Source: Eledone cirrhosa (Eukaryota). From it: a DNA stretch of 64,000 bases. The translations under genes were made by a program, and so were the position numbers. Positions 36,001 to 54,000 of the stretch are shown piece by piece (the stretch's first letter is position 1; every line of letters begins with the position of its first letter). The notes under the pieces are model-generated. The model was not told the DNA's origin, searched no databases, and saw only the letters and a program-made list of their open reading frames with translations. The stretch lies in assembly GCA_964016885.1 (NCBI GenBank), contig OZ024751.1, positions 52,948,001-53,012,000 on the forward strand, written 5' to 3'.

Positions 36001-39000
36001 TCTGTCAACTAACATACACCAGTGATATAACTTCCACATCTGACCTCCTTACTCTGTCAACTAACATACACCAGCGATATAACTTCCACATCTAACCATC
36101 TCCTTACTCTATCAACTAACATACACCAGTGTTATAACTTCCACATCTAACCTCCTTACTCTGTCAACTAACATACACCAGTGTTATAACTTCCACATCT
36201 AACCTTCTCCTTACACTGTCAACTAACATACACCACTGATATAACTTCCACATCTAACCTTCTCCTTACTCTGTCAACTAACATACACCACTGATATAAC
36301 TTCCACATCTAACCTTCTCCTTACTCTGTCAACTAACATACACCAGTGATATAACTTCCACATCTAACCTCCTTACTCTGTCAACTAACATACACCACTG
36401 ATATAACTTCCACATCTAACCTTCTCCTTACTCTGTCAACTAACATACACCAGTGATATAACTGCCACATTTAACCTTCTTACTCTGTCAACTAACATAC
36501 ACCAGTGATATAATTTCCACATCTAACCTTATCCTTACTCTGTCAACTAACATAGACCAGTGATATAACTTCCACATCTAACCTCCTTACTCTGTCAACA
36601 TACACCACTGATATAACTTCCACATCTAACCTTCTCCTCACTCTGTTAACTAACATACAACAGTGATATAACTTCCACATCTAACCTTCTCCTTACTCTG
36701 TCAACTAACATACACCACTGATATAACTTCCACATCTAACCTTCTCCTTACTCTGTCAACTAACATACACCAGTGATATAACTTCCACATCTAACCTTCT
36801 CCTTACTCTGTCAACTAACATACACCACTGATATAACTTCCACATCTAACCTTCTCCTCACTATGTTAACTAACATACAACAGTGATATAACTTCCACAT
36901 CTAACCTTCTCCTTACTCTGTCAACTAACATACACCAGTGATGTAACTGCCACATTTAACCTTCCTACTCTGTCAACTAACATACACCAGTGATATAACT
37001 TCAACATCTAACCTTCTCCTTACTCGGTCAACTAACATACACCAGTGATATAACTTCCACATCTAACCTTCTCCTTACTCTGTCAACTAACATACACCAG
37101 TGATATAAATTCCACATCTAACCTTCTCCTTACTCTGTCAACTAACATACACCAGTGATATAACTTCCACATCTAACCTCCTTACTCTGTCAACTAACAT
37201 ACACCAGTGATATAACTTCCACATCTGACCTCCTTACTCTGTCAACTAACATACACCAGCGAGATAACTTCCACATCTAACCATCTCCTTAAGCTGTCAA
37301 CTAACATACACCAGTGATATAACTTCCACATCTAACTATCTCCTTACTCTGTCAACTAATATACACCAGTAATATAACTTCCACATCTAACCTTCTCCTT
37401 ACTCTGTCAACTAACATACACCAGTGATATAACTTCCACATCTAACCTCCTTACTCTGTCAACTAACATACACCAGTGATATAACTTCCACATCTGACCT
37501 CCTTACTCTGTCAACTAACATACACCAGCGATATAACTTCCACATCTAACCATCTCCTTACTCTATCAACTAACATACACCAGTGTTATAACTTCCACAT
37601 CTAACCTCCTTACTCTGTCAACTAACATACACCAGTGTTATAACTTCCACATCTAACCTTCTCCTTACACTGTCAACTAACATACACCACTGATATAACT
37701 TCCACATCTAACCTTCTCCTTACTCTGTCAACTAACATACACCACTGATATAACTTCCACATCTAACCTTCTCCTTACTCTGTCAACTAACATACACCAG
37801 TGATATAACTTCCACATCTAACCTCCTTACTCTGTCAACTAACATACACCACTGATATAACTTCCATATCTAACCTTCTCCTTACTCTGTCAACTAACAT
37901 ACACCAGTGATATAACTTCCACATCTAACCTCCTTACTCTGTCAACTAACATACACCAGTGATATAACTGCCACATTTAACCTTCTTACTCTGTCAACTA
38001 ACATACACCAGTGATATAATTTCCACATCTAACCTTATCCTTACTCTGTCAACTAACATAGACCAGTGATATAACTTCCACATCTAACCTCCTTACTCTG
38101 TCAACATACACCACTGATATAACTTCCACATCTAACCTTCTCCTCACTCTGTTAACTAACATACAACAGTGATATAACTTCCACATCTAACCTTCTCCTT
38201 ACTCTGTCAACTAACATACACCACTGATATAACTGCCACATCTAACCTTCTCCTTACTCTGTCAACTAACATACACCAGTGATATAACTTCCACATCTAA
38301 CCTTCTCCTTACTCTGTCAACTAACATACACCACTGATATAACTTCCACATCTAACCTTCTCCTCACTCTGTTAACTAACATACAACAGTGATATAACTT
38401 CCACATCTAACCTTCTCCTTACTCTGTCAACTAACATACACCAGTGATGTAACTGCCACATTTAACCTTCCTACTCTGTCAACTAACATACACCAGTGAT
38501 ATAACTTCAACATCTAACCTTCTCCTTACTCGGTCAACTAACATACACCAGTGATATAACTTCCACATCTAACCTTCTCCTTACTCTGTCAACTAACATA
38601 CACCAGTGATATAAATTCCACATCTAACCTTCTCCTTACTCTGTCAACTAACATACACCAGTGATATAACTTCCACATGTAACCTCCTTACTCTGTCAAC
38701 TAACATACACCAGTGATATAACTTCCACATCTGACCTCCTTACTCTGTCAACTAACATACACCAGCGAGATAACTTCCACATCTAACCATCTCCTTAAGC
38801 TGTCAACTAACATACACCAGTGATATAACTTCCACAGCTAACCTTCTCCTTACTCTGTTAACTAACATACACCAGTGATATAACTTCCACATCTAACCTC
38901 CTTACTCTGTCATCTAACATACACCAGTGATGTAACTGCCACATTTAACCTTCTTACTCTGTCAACTAACATACACCACTGATATAACTTCCACATCTAA

Positions 39001-42000
39001 CCTTCTTACTCTGTCAACTAACATACACCACTGATCTAACTTCCACATCTAACCTTACTCTGTCAACTAACATACACCAGTGATGTAACTGCCACATTTA
39101 ACCTTCTTGCTCTGTCACCTAACATACACCAGTGATATAACTTCCACATCTAACCTTCTCCTTACTCTGTCAACTAACATACACCAGATATATAACTTCC
39201 ACATCTAACCTCCTTACTCTGTCAACTAACATACACCAGTGATATAACTTCCGCATCTAACCTTCTCCTTACTCTGTCAACTAACATACACCAGTGATAT
39301 AACTTCCACATCTAACCTCCTTACTCTCTCAACTAACATACACCACTGATATAACTTCCACATCTAACTTTCTCCTTACTCTGTCAACTAACATACACCA
39401 GTGATATAACTTCCACATCTAATCTTCTCCTTACTCTGTCAACTAACATGCACCAGTGATATAACTTCCACATCTAACCTTCTTACTCTGTCAATTAACA
39501 TACACCAGTGATATAATTTCCACATCTAACCTTCTTACTATATCAACTAACATGCACCAATGATATAACTTCTACATCTAACCTTCTCCTTACTCTGTCA
39601 ACTAACATACACCAGTGATATAACTTCCACATCTAACTATCTCCTTACTCTGTCAACTAATATACACCAGTAATATAACTTCCGCATCTAACCTTCTCCT
39701 TACTCTGTCAACTAACATACACCAGTGATATAACTTCCACATCTAACCTCCTTACTCTGTCAAATAACATACACCAGTGATATAACTTCCACATCTGACC
39801 TCCTTACTCTGTCAACTAACATACACCAGCGATATAACTTCCACATCTAACCATCTCCTTACTCTGTCAACTAACATACACCAGTGATATAACTTCCACA
39901 TCTAACCTTCTCCTTACTCTGTCAACTAACATACACCAGTGATATAACTTCCACATCTAACCTCCTTACTCTGTCAACTAACATACACCAGTGATATAAC
40001 TTCCACATCTGACCTCCTTACTCTGTCAACTAACATACACCAGCGATATAACTTCCACATCTAACCATCTCCTTACTCTGTCAACTAACATACACCTGTG
40101 ATATAACTTCCGCATCTAACCTTCTCCTTACTCTGTCAACTAACATACACCAGTGATATAACTTCCACATCTGACCCCCTTACTCTGTCAACTAACATAC
40201 ACCAGCGATATAACTTCCACATCTAACCATCTCCTTACTCTGTCAACTAACATACACCAGTGATATAACTTCCACATGTAACCTTCTCCTTACTCTGTCA
40301 ACTAACATACACCAGTGATATAACTTCTACATCTAACCTCCTTACTCTGTCAACTAACATACACCAGTGATATAACTTTCACATCTAACCTTCTCCTTAC
40401 TCTGTCAACTAACATACACCACTGATATAACTTCCACATCTAACCTTCTCCTCACTCTGTTAACTAACATACAACAGTGATATAACTTCCACATCTAACC
40501 TTCTCCTTACTCTGTCAACTAACATACACCACTGATATAACTTCCACATCTAACCTTCTCCTTACTCTGTCAACTAACATACACCAGTGATATAACTTCC
40601 ACATCTAACCTTCTCCTTACTCTATCAACTAACATACACCACTGATATAACTTCCACATCTAACCTTCTCCTCACTCTGTTAACTAACATACAACAGTGA
40701 TATAACTTCCACATCTAACCTTCTCCTTACTCTGTCAACTAACATACACCACTGATATAACTTCCACATCTAACCTTCTCCTTACTCTGTCAACTAACAT
40801 ACACCAGTGATATAACTTCCACATCTAACCTTCTCCTTACTCGGTCAGCTAACATACACCAGTGATATAACTTCCACATCTAACCTTCTCCTTACTCTGT
40901 CAACTAACATACACCAGTGATATAAATTCCACATCTAACCTTCTCCTTACTCGGTCAACTAACATACACCAGTGATATAACTTCCACAGCTAACATTCTC
41001 CTTACTCTGTTAACTAACATACACCAGTGATATAACTTCCACATCTAACCTCCTTACTCTGTCATCTAACATACATCAGTGATGTAACTGCCACATTTAA
41101 CCTTCTTACTCTGTCAACTAACATACACCAGTGATATAACTTCCACAGCTAACCTTCTCCTTACTCTGTTAACTAACATACACCAGTGATTTAACTGCCA
41201 CATTTAAGCTCCTTACTCTGTCAACTAACATACACCACTGATATAACTTCCACATCTAACCTTCTTACTCTGTCAACTAACATACACCACTGATATAACT
41301 TCCACATCTAACCTCCTTACTCTGTCAACTAACATACACCAGTGATGTAACTGCCACATTTAACCTTCTTACTCTGTCACCTAACATACACCACTGATAT
41401 AACTTCCACATCTAACCTTCTTACTCTGTCAACTAACATACACCAGTGATATAACTTCCGCATCTAACCTTCTCCTTACTCTGTCAACTAACATACACCG
41501 GTGATATAACTTCCACATCTAACCTCCTTACTCTGTCAACTAACATACACCAGTGATATAACTTCCACATCTAACCTTCTCCTTACTCTGTCAACTAACA
41601 TACACCAGTGATATAACTTCCACATCTAACCTTCTCCTTACTCTGTCAACTAACATGCACCAGTGATATAGCTTCCACATCTGACCTTCTTACTCTGTCA
41701 ATTAACATACACCAGTGATATAATTTCCACATCTAACCTTCTTACTATGTCAACTAACATACACCAATGATATAACTTCTACATCTAACCTTCTCCTTAC
41801 TCTGTCAACTAACATACACCAGTGATATAACTTCCACATCTAACTATCTCCTTACTCTGTCAACTAATATACACCAGTAATATAACTTCCGCATCTAACC
41901 TTCTCCTTACTCTGTCAACTAACATACACCAGTGATATAACTTCCACATCTAACCTCCTTACTCTGTCAAATAACATACACCAGTGATATAATTTCCACA

Positions 42001-45000
42001 TCTAACCTCCTTACTCTGTCAACTAACATACACCAGCGATATAACTTCCACATCTAACCATCTCCTTACTCTGTCAACTAACATACACCAGTGATATAAC
42101 TTCCGCATCTAACCTTCTCCTTACTCTGTCAACTAACATACACCAGTGATATAACTTCCACATCTGACCTCCTTACTCTCTCAAACAACATACACCAGTG
42201 ATATAACTTCCACATCTAATCTCCTTACTCTGTCAACTAACATACACCAGTGATATAACTTCAACATCTAACCTTCTCCTTACTCTGTTAACTAACATAC
42301 ACCAGTGATATAACTTCCACATCTAACCTCCTTACTCTGTCAACTAACATACACCAGTGATATAACTTCCACATCTGACCCCCTTACTCTGTCAACTAAC
42401 ATACACCAGCGATATAACTTCCACATCTAACCATATCCTTACTCTGTCAACTAACATATACCAGTGATATAACTTCCACATCTAACCTTCTCCTTACTCT
42501 GTCAACTAACATACACCACTGATATAACTTCCACATCTAACCTTCTCCTTACTCTGTCAACTAACATACACCAGTGATATAACTTCCACATCTAACCTTC
42601 TCCTTACTCTGTCAACTAACATACACCACTGATATAACTTCCACATCTAACCTTCTCCTCACTCTGTTAACTAACATACAACAGTGATATAACTTCCACA
42701 TCTAACCTTCTCCTTACTCTGTCAACTAACATACACCACTGATATAACTTCCACATCTAACCTTCTCCTTACTCTGTCAACTAACATACACCAGTGATAT
42801 AACTTCCACATCTAACCTTCTCCTTACTCTGTCAACTAACATACACCACTGATATAACTTCCACATCTAACCTTCTCCTCACTCTGTTAACTCACATACA
42901 ACAGTGATATAACTTCCACATCTAACCTTCTCCTTACTCTGTCAACTAACATACACCAGTGATGTAACTGCCACATTTAACCTTCCTACTCTGTCAACTA
43001 ACATACACCAGTGATATAACTTCCACATCTAACCTTCTCCTTACTCGGTCAACTAACATACACCAGTGATATAACTTCCACATCTAACCTTCTCCTTACT
43101 CTGTCAACTAACATACACCAGTGATATAAATTCCACATCTAACCTTCTCCTTACTCTGTCAACTAACATACACCAGTGATATAACTTCCACATCTAACCT
43201 CCTTACTCTGTTAACTAACATACACCAGTGATATAACTTCCACATCTGACCTTACTCTGTCAACTAACATACACCAGCGAGATAACTTCCACATCTAACC
43301 TTCTCCTTACTCTGTTAACTAACATACACCAGTGATGTAACTGCCACATTTAACCTTCTTACTCTGTCAACTAACATACACCACTGATATAACTTCCACA
43401 TCTAACCTTCTTACTCTGTCAACTAACATACACCACTGATATAACTTCCACATCTAACCTCCTTACTCTGTCAACTAACATATACCAGTGATGTAACTGC
43501 CACATTTAACCTTCTTACTCTGTCACCTAACATACACCAGTGATATAACTTCCACATCTAACCTTCTCCTTACTCTGTCAACTAACATACACCAGTGATA
43601 TAACTTCCACATCTAACCTTCTCCTTACTCTGTCAACTAACATACACCAGATATATAACTTCCACATCTAACCTCCTTACTCTGTCAACTAACATACACC
43701 AGTGATATAACTTCCGCATCTAACCTTCTCCTTACTCTGTCAACTAACATACACCAGTGATATAACTTCCACATCTAACCTCCTTACTCTGTCAACTAAC
43801 ATACACCAGTGATATAACTTCCACATCTGACCTCCTTACTCTGTCAAATAACATACACCAGTGATATAACTTCCACATCTAATCTCCTTACTCTGTCAAC
43901 TAACATACACCAGTGATATAACTTCAACATCTAACCTTCTCCTTACTCTGTTAACTAACATACACCAGTGATATAACTTCCACATCTAACCTCCTTACTC
44001 TGTCAACTAACATACACCAGTGATATAACTTCCACATCTGACCCCCTTACTCTGTCAACTAACATACACCAGCGATATAACTTCCACATCTAACCATCTC
44101 CTTACTCTGTCAACTAACATACACCAGTGATATAACTTCCGCATCTAACCTTCTCCTTACTCTGTCAACTAACATACACCAGTGATATAACTTCCACATC
44201 TAACCTCCTTACTCCGTCAACTAACATACACCAGTGATATAACTTCCACATCTGACCTCCTTACTCTGTCAAACAACATACACCAGTGATATAACTTCAA
44301 CATCTAACCTTCTCCTTACTCTGTTAACTAACATACACCAGTGATATAACTTCCACATCTAACCTCCTTACTCTGTCAACTAACATACACCAGTGATATA
44401 ACTTCCAAATCTGACCCCCTTACTCTGTCAACTAACATACACCAGCGATATAACTTCCACATCTAACCATCTCCTTACTCTGTCAACTAACATACACCAG
44501 TGATATAACTTCCACATCTAGCCTTCTCCTTACTCTGTCAACTAACATACACCAGTGATATAACTTCCACATCTAACCTTCTCCTTACTCTGTCAACTAA
44601 CATACACCACTGATATAACTTCCACATCTAACCTTCTCCTCACTCTGTCAACTAACATACACCAGTGATATAACTTCCACATCTAACCTTCTCCTTACTC
44701 TGTCAACTAACATACACCACTGATATAACTTCCACATCTAACCTTCTCCTCACTCTGTTAACTAACATACAACAGTGATATAACTTCCACATCTAACCTT
44801 CTCCTTACTCTGTCAACTAACATACACCACTGATATAACTTCCACATCTAACCTTCTCCTTACTCTGTCAACCAACATACACCAGTGATATAACTTCCAC
44901 ATCTAACCGTCTCCTTTCTCTGTCAACTAACATACACCACTGATATAACTTCCACATCTAACCTTCTCCTCACTCTGTTAACTAACATACAACAGTGATA

Positions 45001-48000
45001 TAACTTCCACATCTAACCTTCTCCTTACTCGGTCAACTAACATACACCAGTGATATAACTTCCACATCTAACCTTCTCCTTACTCTGTCAACTAACATAC
45101 ACCAGTGATATAAATTCCACATCTAACCTTCTTCTTACTCTGTCAACTAACATACACCAGTGATATAACTTCCACATCTAACCTCCTTACTCTGTCAACT
45201 AACATACACCAGTGATATAACTTCCACATCTGACCTCCTTACTCTGTCAACTAACATACACCAGCGAGATAACTTCCACATCTAACCATCTCCTTAAGCT
45301 GTCAACTAACTTACACCAGTGATATAACTTCCACATCTAACCTCCTTACTCTGTCAACTAACATACACCAGTGATATAACTTCCACAGCTAACCTTCTCC
45401 TTACTCTGTTAATTAACATACACCAGTGATGTAACTGCCACATTTAACCTTCTTACTCTGTCAACTAACATACACCACTGATATAACTTCCACATCTAAC
45501 CTTCTTACTCTGTCAACTAACATACACCACTGATATAACTTCCACATCTAACCTCCTTATTCTGTCAACTAACATACACCAGTGATGTAACTGCCACATT
45601 TAACCTTCTTACTCTGTCACCTAACATACACCAGTGATATAACTTCCACATCTAACCTTCTCCTTACTCTGTCAACTAACATACACCAGTGATATAACTT
45701 CCACATCTAACCTTCTCCTTACTCTGTCAACTAACATACACCAGATATATAACTTCCACATCTAACCTCCTTACTCTGTCAACTAACATACACCAGTGAT
45801 ATAACTTCCGCATCTAACCTTCTCCTTACTCTGTCAACTAACATACACCAGTGATATAACTTCCACATCTAACCTCCTTACTCTAACCTTCTCCTTACTC
45901 TGTCAACTAACATACACCAGTGATATAACTTCCACATCTAACCTTCTCCTTACTCTGTCAACTAACATGCACCAGTGATATAACTTCCACATCTAACCTT
46001 CTTACTCTGTCAATTAACATACACCAATGATATAACTTCTACATCTAACCTTCTCCTTAATCTGTCAACTAACATACACCAGTGATATAACTTCCACATC
46101 TAACTATCTCCTTACTCTGTCAACTAATATACACCAGTAATATAACTTCCGCATCTAACCTTCTCCTTACTCTGTCAACTAACATACACCAGTGATATAA
46201 CTTCCACATCTAACCTCCTTACTCTGTCAAATAGCATACACCAGTGATATAATTTCCACATCTGACCTCCTTACTCTGTCAACTAACATACACCAGCGAT
46301 ATAACTTCCACATCTAACCATCTCCTTACTCTGTCAATTAACATACACCAGTGATATAACTTCCGCATCTAACCTTCTCCTTACTCTGTCAACTAACATA
46401 CACCAGTGATATAACTTCCACATCTAACCTCCTTAGTCTGTCAACTAACATACACCAGTGATATAACTTCCACATCTGACCTCCTTACTCTGTCAAATAA
46501 CATACACCAGTGATATAACTTCCACATCTAATCTCCTTACTCTGTCAACTAACATACACCAGTGATATAACTTCAACATCTAACCTTCTCCTTACTCTGT
46601 TAACTAACATACACCAGTGATATAACTTCCACATCTAACCTCCTTACTCTGTCAACTAACATACACCAGTGATATAACTTCCACATCTGACCCCCTTACT
46701 CTGTCAACTAACATACACCAGCGATATAACTTCCACATCTAACCATCTCCTTACTCTGTCAACTAACATACACCAGTGATATAACTTCCACATCTAACCT
46801 TCTCCTTACTCTGTCAACTAACATACACCAGTGATATAACTTCCACATCTAACCTTCTCCTTACACTGTCAACTAACATACACCACTGATATAACTTCCA
46901 CATCTAACCTTCTCCTTACTCTGTCAACTAACATACACCAGTGATATAACTTCCACATCTAACCTTCTCTTTACTCTGTCAACTAACATACACCACTGAT
47001 ATAACTTCCACATCTAACCTTCTCCTCACTCTGTTAACTAACATACAACAGTGATATAACTTCCACATCTAACCTTCTCCTTACTCTGTCAACTAACATA
47101 CACAACTGATATAACTTCCACATCTAACCTTCTCCTTACTCTGTCAACTAACATACACCAGTGATATAACTTCCACATCTAACCTTCTCCTTACTCTGTC
47201 AACTAACATACACCACTGATATAACTTCCACATCTAACCTTCTCCTCACTCTGTTAACTAACATACAACAGTGATATAACTTCCACATCTAACCTTCTCC
47301 TTACTCTGTCAACTAACATACACCAGTGATGTAACTGCCACATTTAACCTTCCTACTCTGTCAACTAACATACACCAGTGATATGACTTCCACATCTAAC
47401 CTTCTCCTTACTCGGTCAACTAACATACACCAGTGATATAACTTCCACATCTAACCTTCTCCTTACTCTGTCAACTAACATACACAAGATATATAACTTC
47501 CACATCTAACCTCCTTACTCTGTCAACTAACATACACCAGTGATATAACTTCCACATCTAACCTTCTCCTTACTCTGTCAACTAACATACACCAGTGATA
47601 TAACTTCCACATCTAACCTTCTCCTTACTCTGTCAACTAACATACACAAGATATATAACTTCCACATCTAACCTCCTTACTCTGTCAACTAACATACACC
47701 AGTGATATAACTTCCGCATCTAACCTTCTCCTTACTCTGTCAACTAACATACACCAGTGTTATAACTTCCACATCTAACCTCCTTACTCTGTCAACTAAC
47801 ATACACCACTGATATAACTTCCACATCTAACCTTCTCCTTACTCTGTCAACTAACATGCACCAGTGATATAACTTCCACATCTAACCTTCTTACTCTGTC
47901 AATTAACATACACCAGTAATATAATTTCCACATCTAACCTTCTTACTATGTCAACTAACATACACCAATGATATAACTTCTACATCTAACCTTCTCCTTA

Positions 48001-51000
48001 CTCTGTCAACTAACATACACCAGTGATATAACTTCCACATCTAACCTTCTCCTTACTCTGTCAACTAACATACACCAGTGATATAAATTCCACATCTAAC
48101 CTTCTACTTACTCTGTCAACTAACATACACCAGTGATATAACTTCCACATCTAACCTTCTTACTCTGTCTACTAACATACACCAGTGATATAACTTCCAC
48201 ATCTGACCTCCTTACTCTGTCAACTAACATACACCAGTGATATAACTTCCAAAGCTAACATTCTCCTTACTCTGTTAACTAACATACACCAGTGATATAA
48301 CTTCCACATCTAACCTCCTTACTCTGTCATGTAACATACATCAGTGATGTAACTGCCACATTTAACCTTCTTACTCTGTCAAGTAACATACACCACTGAT
48401 ATAACTTCCACATCTAACCTTCTCCTTACTCTGTCAACTAACATACACCAGTGATATAACTTCCACATCTAACCTTCTCCTTACTCTGTCAACTAACTTA
48501 CACCAGTGATATAACTTCCACATCTAACCATCTCCTTACTCTGTCAACTAACATACACCAGTGATATAACTTCCACATCTAACCTTCTCCTTACTCTGTT
48601 AACTAACATACACCAGTGTTATAACTTCCACATCTAACCTCCTTACTATGTCAACTAACATTGACCACTGATATAACTTCCACATCTAACCTTCTACTCT
48701 ACTCTGTCAACTAACATACACCAGTGATATAAATTCCACATCTAACCTTCTCCTTACTCTGTCAACTAACATACACCAGTGATATAACTTCCACATCTAA
48801 CCTCCTTACTCTGTCAACTAACATACACCAGTGATATAACTTCCACATCTGACCTCCTTACTCTGTCAACTAACATACACCAGCGAGATAACTTCCACAT
48901 CTAACCATCTCCTTAAGCTGTCAACTAACATACACCAGTGATATAACTTCCACATCTAACCTCCTTACTCTGTCAACTAACATACACCAGTGATATAACT
49001 TCCACAGCTAACCTTCTCCTTACTCTGTTAACTAACATACACCAGTGATATAACTTCCACATCTAACCTTCTTACTCTGTCAACTAACATACACCACTGA
49101 TATAACTTCCACATCTAACCTCCTTACTCTGTCAACTAACATACACCAGTGATGTAACTGCCACATTTAACCTTCTTACTCTGTCACCTAACATACACCA
49201 GTGATATAACTTCCACATCTAACCTTCTCCTTACTCTGTCAACTAACATACACCAGTGATATAACTTCCACATCTAACCTTCTCCTTACTCTGTCAACTA
49301 ACATACACCATATATATAACTTCCACATCTAACCTCCTTACTCTGTCAACTAACATACACCAGTGATATAACTTCCACATCTAACCTTCTCCTTACTCTG
49401 TCAACTAACATACACCAGTGATATAACTTCCACATCTAACCTTCTCCTTACTCTGTCAACTAACATACACCATATATATAACTTCCACATCTAACCTCCT
49501 TACTCTGTCAACTAACATACACCAGTGATATAACTTCCACATCTAACCTCCTTACTCTGTCAAATAACATACACCAGTGATATAATTTCTACATCTGACC
49601 TCCTTACTCTGTCAACTAACATACACCAGCGATATAACTTCCACATCTAACCATCTCCTTACTCTGTCAACTAACATACACCAGTGATATAACTTCCGCA
49701 TCTAACCTTCTCCTTACTCTGTCAACTAACATACACCAGTGATATAACTTCCACATCTAACCTCCTTACTCTGTCAACTAACATACACTAGTGATATAAC
49801 TTCCACATCTGACCTCCTTACTCTGTTAAATAACATACAGCAGTGATATAACTTCCACATCTAATCTCCTTACTCTGTCAACTAACATACACCAGTGATA
49901 TAACTTCAACATCTAACCTTCTCCTTACTCTGTTAACTAACATACACCAGTGATATAACTTCCACATCTAACCTCCTTACTCTGTCAACTAACATACACC
50001 AGTGATATAACTTCCACATCTGACCCCCTTACTCTGTCAACTAACATACACCAGCGATATAACTTCCACATCTAACCATCTCCTTACTCTGTCAACTAAC
50101 ATACACCAGTGATATAACTTCCACATCTAACCTTCTCCTTACTCTGTCAACTAACATACACCAGTGATATAACTTCCACATCTAACCTTCTCCTTACTCT
50201 GTCAACTAACATACACCACTGATATAACTTCCACATCTAACCTTCTCCTTACTCTGTCAACTAACATACACCAGTGATATAACTTCCACATCTAACCTTC
50301 TCCTTACTCTGTCAACTAACATACACCACTGATATAACTTCCACATCTAACCTTCTCCTCACTCTGTTAACTAACATACAACAGTGATATAACTTCCACA
50401 TCTAACCTTCTCCTTACTCTGTCAACTAACATACACCAGTGATGTAACTGCCACATTTAACCTTCCTACTCTGTCAACTAACATACACCAGTGATATAAC
50501 TTCCACATCTAACCTTCTCCTTACTCGGTCAACTAACATACACCGTGATATAACTTCCACATCTAAGCTTCTCCTTACTCTGTCAACTAACATACACCAG
50601 TGATATAAATTCCACATCTAACCTTCTCCTTACTCTGTCAACTAACATACACCAGTGATATAACTTCCACATCTAACCTCCTTACTCTGTCAACTAACAT
50701 ACACCAGTGATATAACTTCCACATCTGACCTCCTTACTCTGTCAACTAACATACACCAGCGAGATAACTTCCACATCTAACCATCTCCTTAAGCTGTCAA
50801 CTAACATACACCAGTGATATAACTTCCACATCTAACCTCCTTACTCTGTCAACTAACATACACCAGTGATATAACTTCCACAGCTAACCTTCTCCTTACT
50901 CTGTTAACTAACATACACCAGTGATATAACTTCCACATCTAACCTCCTTACTCTGTCATCTAACATACACCAGTGATGTAACTGCCACATTTAACCTTCT

Positions 51001-54000
51001 TACTCTGTCAACTAACATACACCACTGATATAACTTCCACATCTAACCTTCTTACTCTGTCAACTAACATACACCACTGATATAACTTCCACATCTAACC
51101 TCCTTACTCTGTCAACTAACATACACCAGTGATGTAACTGCCACATTTAACCTTCTTACTCTGTCACCTAACATACACCAGTGATATAACTTCCACATCT
51201 AACCTTCTCCTTACTCTGTCAACTAACATACACCAGTGATATAACTTCCACATCTAACCTTCTCCTTACTCTGTCAACTAACATATACCAGATATATAAC
51301 TTCCACATCTAACCTCCTTACTCTGTCAACTAACATACACCAGTGATATAACTTCCGCATCTAACCTTCTCCTTACTCTGTCAACTAACATACACCACTG
51401 ATATAACTTCCACATCTAACCTTCTCCTTACTCTGTCAACTAACATACACCAGTGATATAACTTCCACATCTAACCTTCTCCTTACTCTGTCAACTAACA
51501 TGCACCAGTGATATAACTTACACATCTAACCTTCTTACTCTGTCAATTAACATACACCAGTGATATAATTTCCACATCTAACCTTCTTACAATGTCAACT
51601 AACATACACCAATGATATAACTTCTACATCTACCCTTCTCCTTACTCTGTCAACTAACATACACCAGTGATATAACTTCCACATCTAACTATCTCCTTAC
51701 TCTGTCAACTAATATACACCAGTAATATAACTTCAGCATCTAACCTTCTCCTTACTCTGTCAACTAACATACACCAGTGATATAACTTCCACATCTAACC
51801 TCCTTACTCTGTCAAATAACATACACCAGTGATATAACTTCCACATCTGACCTCCTTACTCTGTCAACTAGCATACACCAGCGATATAACTTCCACATCT
51901 AACCATCTCCTTACTCTGTCAACTAACATACACCAGTGATATAACTTCCGCATCTAACCTTCTCCTTACTCTGTCAACTAACATACACCAGTGATATAAC
52001 TTCCACATCTAACCTCCTTACTCTGTCAACTAACATACACCAGTGATATAACTTCCACATCTGACCTCCTTACTCTGTCAGATAACATACACCAGTGATA
52101 TAACTTCCACATCTAATCTCCTTACTCTGTCAACTAACATACACCAGTGATATAACTTCAACATCTAACCTTCTCCTTACTCTGTTAACTAACATACACC
52201 AGTGATATAACTTCCACATCTAACCTCCTTACTCTGTCAACTAACATACACCAGTGATATAACTTCCACATCTGACCCCCTTACTCTGTCAACTAACATA
52301 CACCAGCGATATAACTTCCACATCTAACCATCTCCTTACTCTGTCAACTAACATACACCAGTGATATAACTTCCACATCTAACCTTCTCCTTACTCTGTC
52401 AACTAACATACACCAGTGATATAACTTCCACATCTAACCTTCTCCTTACTCTGTCAACTAACATACACCACTGATATAACTTCCACATCTAACCTTCTCC
52501 TTACTCTGTCAACTAACATACACCAGTGATATAACTTCCACATCTAACCTTCTCCTTACTCTGTCAACTAACATACACCACTGATATAACTTCCACATCT
52601 AACCTTCTCCTCACTCTGTTAACTAACATACAACAGTGATATAACTTCCACATCTAACCTTCTCCTTACTCTGTCAACTAACATACACCAGTGATGTAAC
52701 TGCCACATTTAACCTTCCTACTCTGTCAACTAACATACACCAGTGATATAACTTCCACATCTAACCTTCTCCTTACTCGGTCAACTAACATACACCGTGA
52801 TATAACTTCCACATCTAACCTTCTCCTTACTCTGTCAACTAACATACACCAGTGATATAAATTCCACATCTAACCTTCTCCTTACTCTGTCAACTAACAT
52901 ACACCAGTGATATAACTTCCACATCTAACCTCCTTACTCTGTCAACTAACATACACCAGTGATATAACTTCCACATCTGACCTCCTTACTCTGTCAACTA
53001 ACATACACCAGCGAGATAACTTCCACATCTAACCATCTCCTTAAGCTGTCAACTAACATACACCAGTGATATAACTTCCACATCTAACCTCCTTACTCTG
53101 TCAACTAACATACACCAGTGATATAACTTCCACAGCTAACCTTCTCCTTACTCTGTTAACTAACATACACCAGTGATATAACTTCCACATCTAACCTCCT
53201 TACTCTGTCATCTAACATACACCAGTGATGTAACTGCCACATTTAACCTTCTTACTCTGTCAACTAACATACACCACTGATATAACTTCCACATCTAACC
53301 TTCTTACTCTGTCAACTAACATACACCACTGATATAACTTCCACATCTAACCTCCTTACTCTGTCAACTAACATACACCAGTGATGTAACTGCCACATTT
53401 AACCTTCTTACTCTGTCACCTAACATACACCAGTGATATAACTTCCACATCTAACCTTCTCCTTACTCTGTCAACTAACATACACCAGTGATATAACTTC
53501 CACATCTAACCTTCTCCTTACTCTGTCAACTAACATACACCAGATATATAACTTCCACATCTAACCTCCTTACTCTGTCAACTAACATACACCAGTGATA
53601 TAACTTCCGCATCTAACCTTCTCCTTACTCTGTCAACTAACATACACCACTGATATAACTTCCACATCTAACCTTCTCCTTACTCTGTCAACTAACATAC
53701 ACCAGTGATATAACTTCCACATCTAACCTTCTCCTTACTCTGTCAACTAACATGCACCAGTGATATAACTTACACATCTAACCTTCTTACTCTGTCAATT
53801 AACATACACCAGTGATATAATTTCCACATCTAACCTTCTTACAATGTCAACTAACATACACCAATGATATAACTTCTACATCTACCCTTCTCCTTACTCT
53901 GTCAACTAACATACACCAGTGATATAACTTCCACATCTAACTATCTCCTTACTCTGTCAACTAATATACACCAGTAATATAACTTCAGCATCTAACCTTC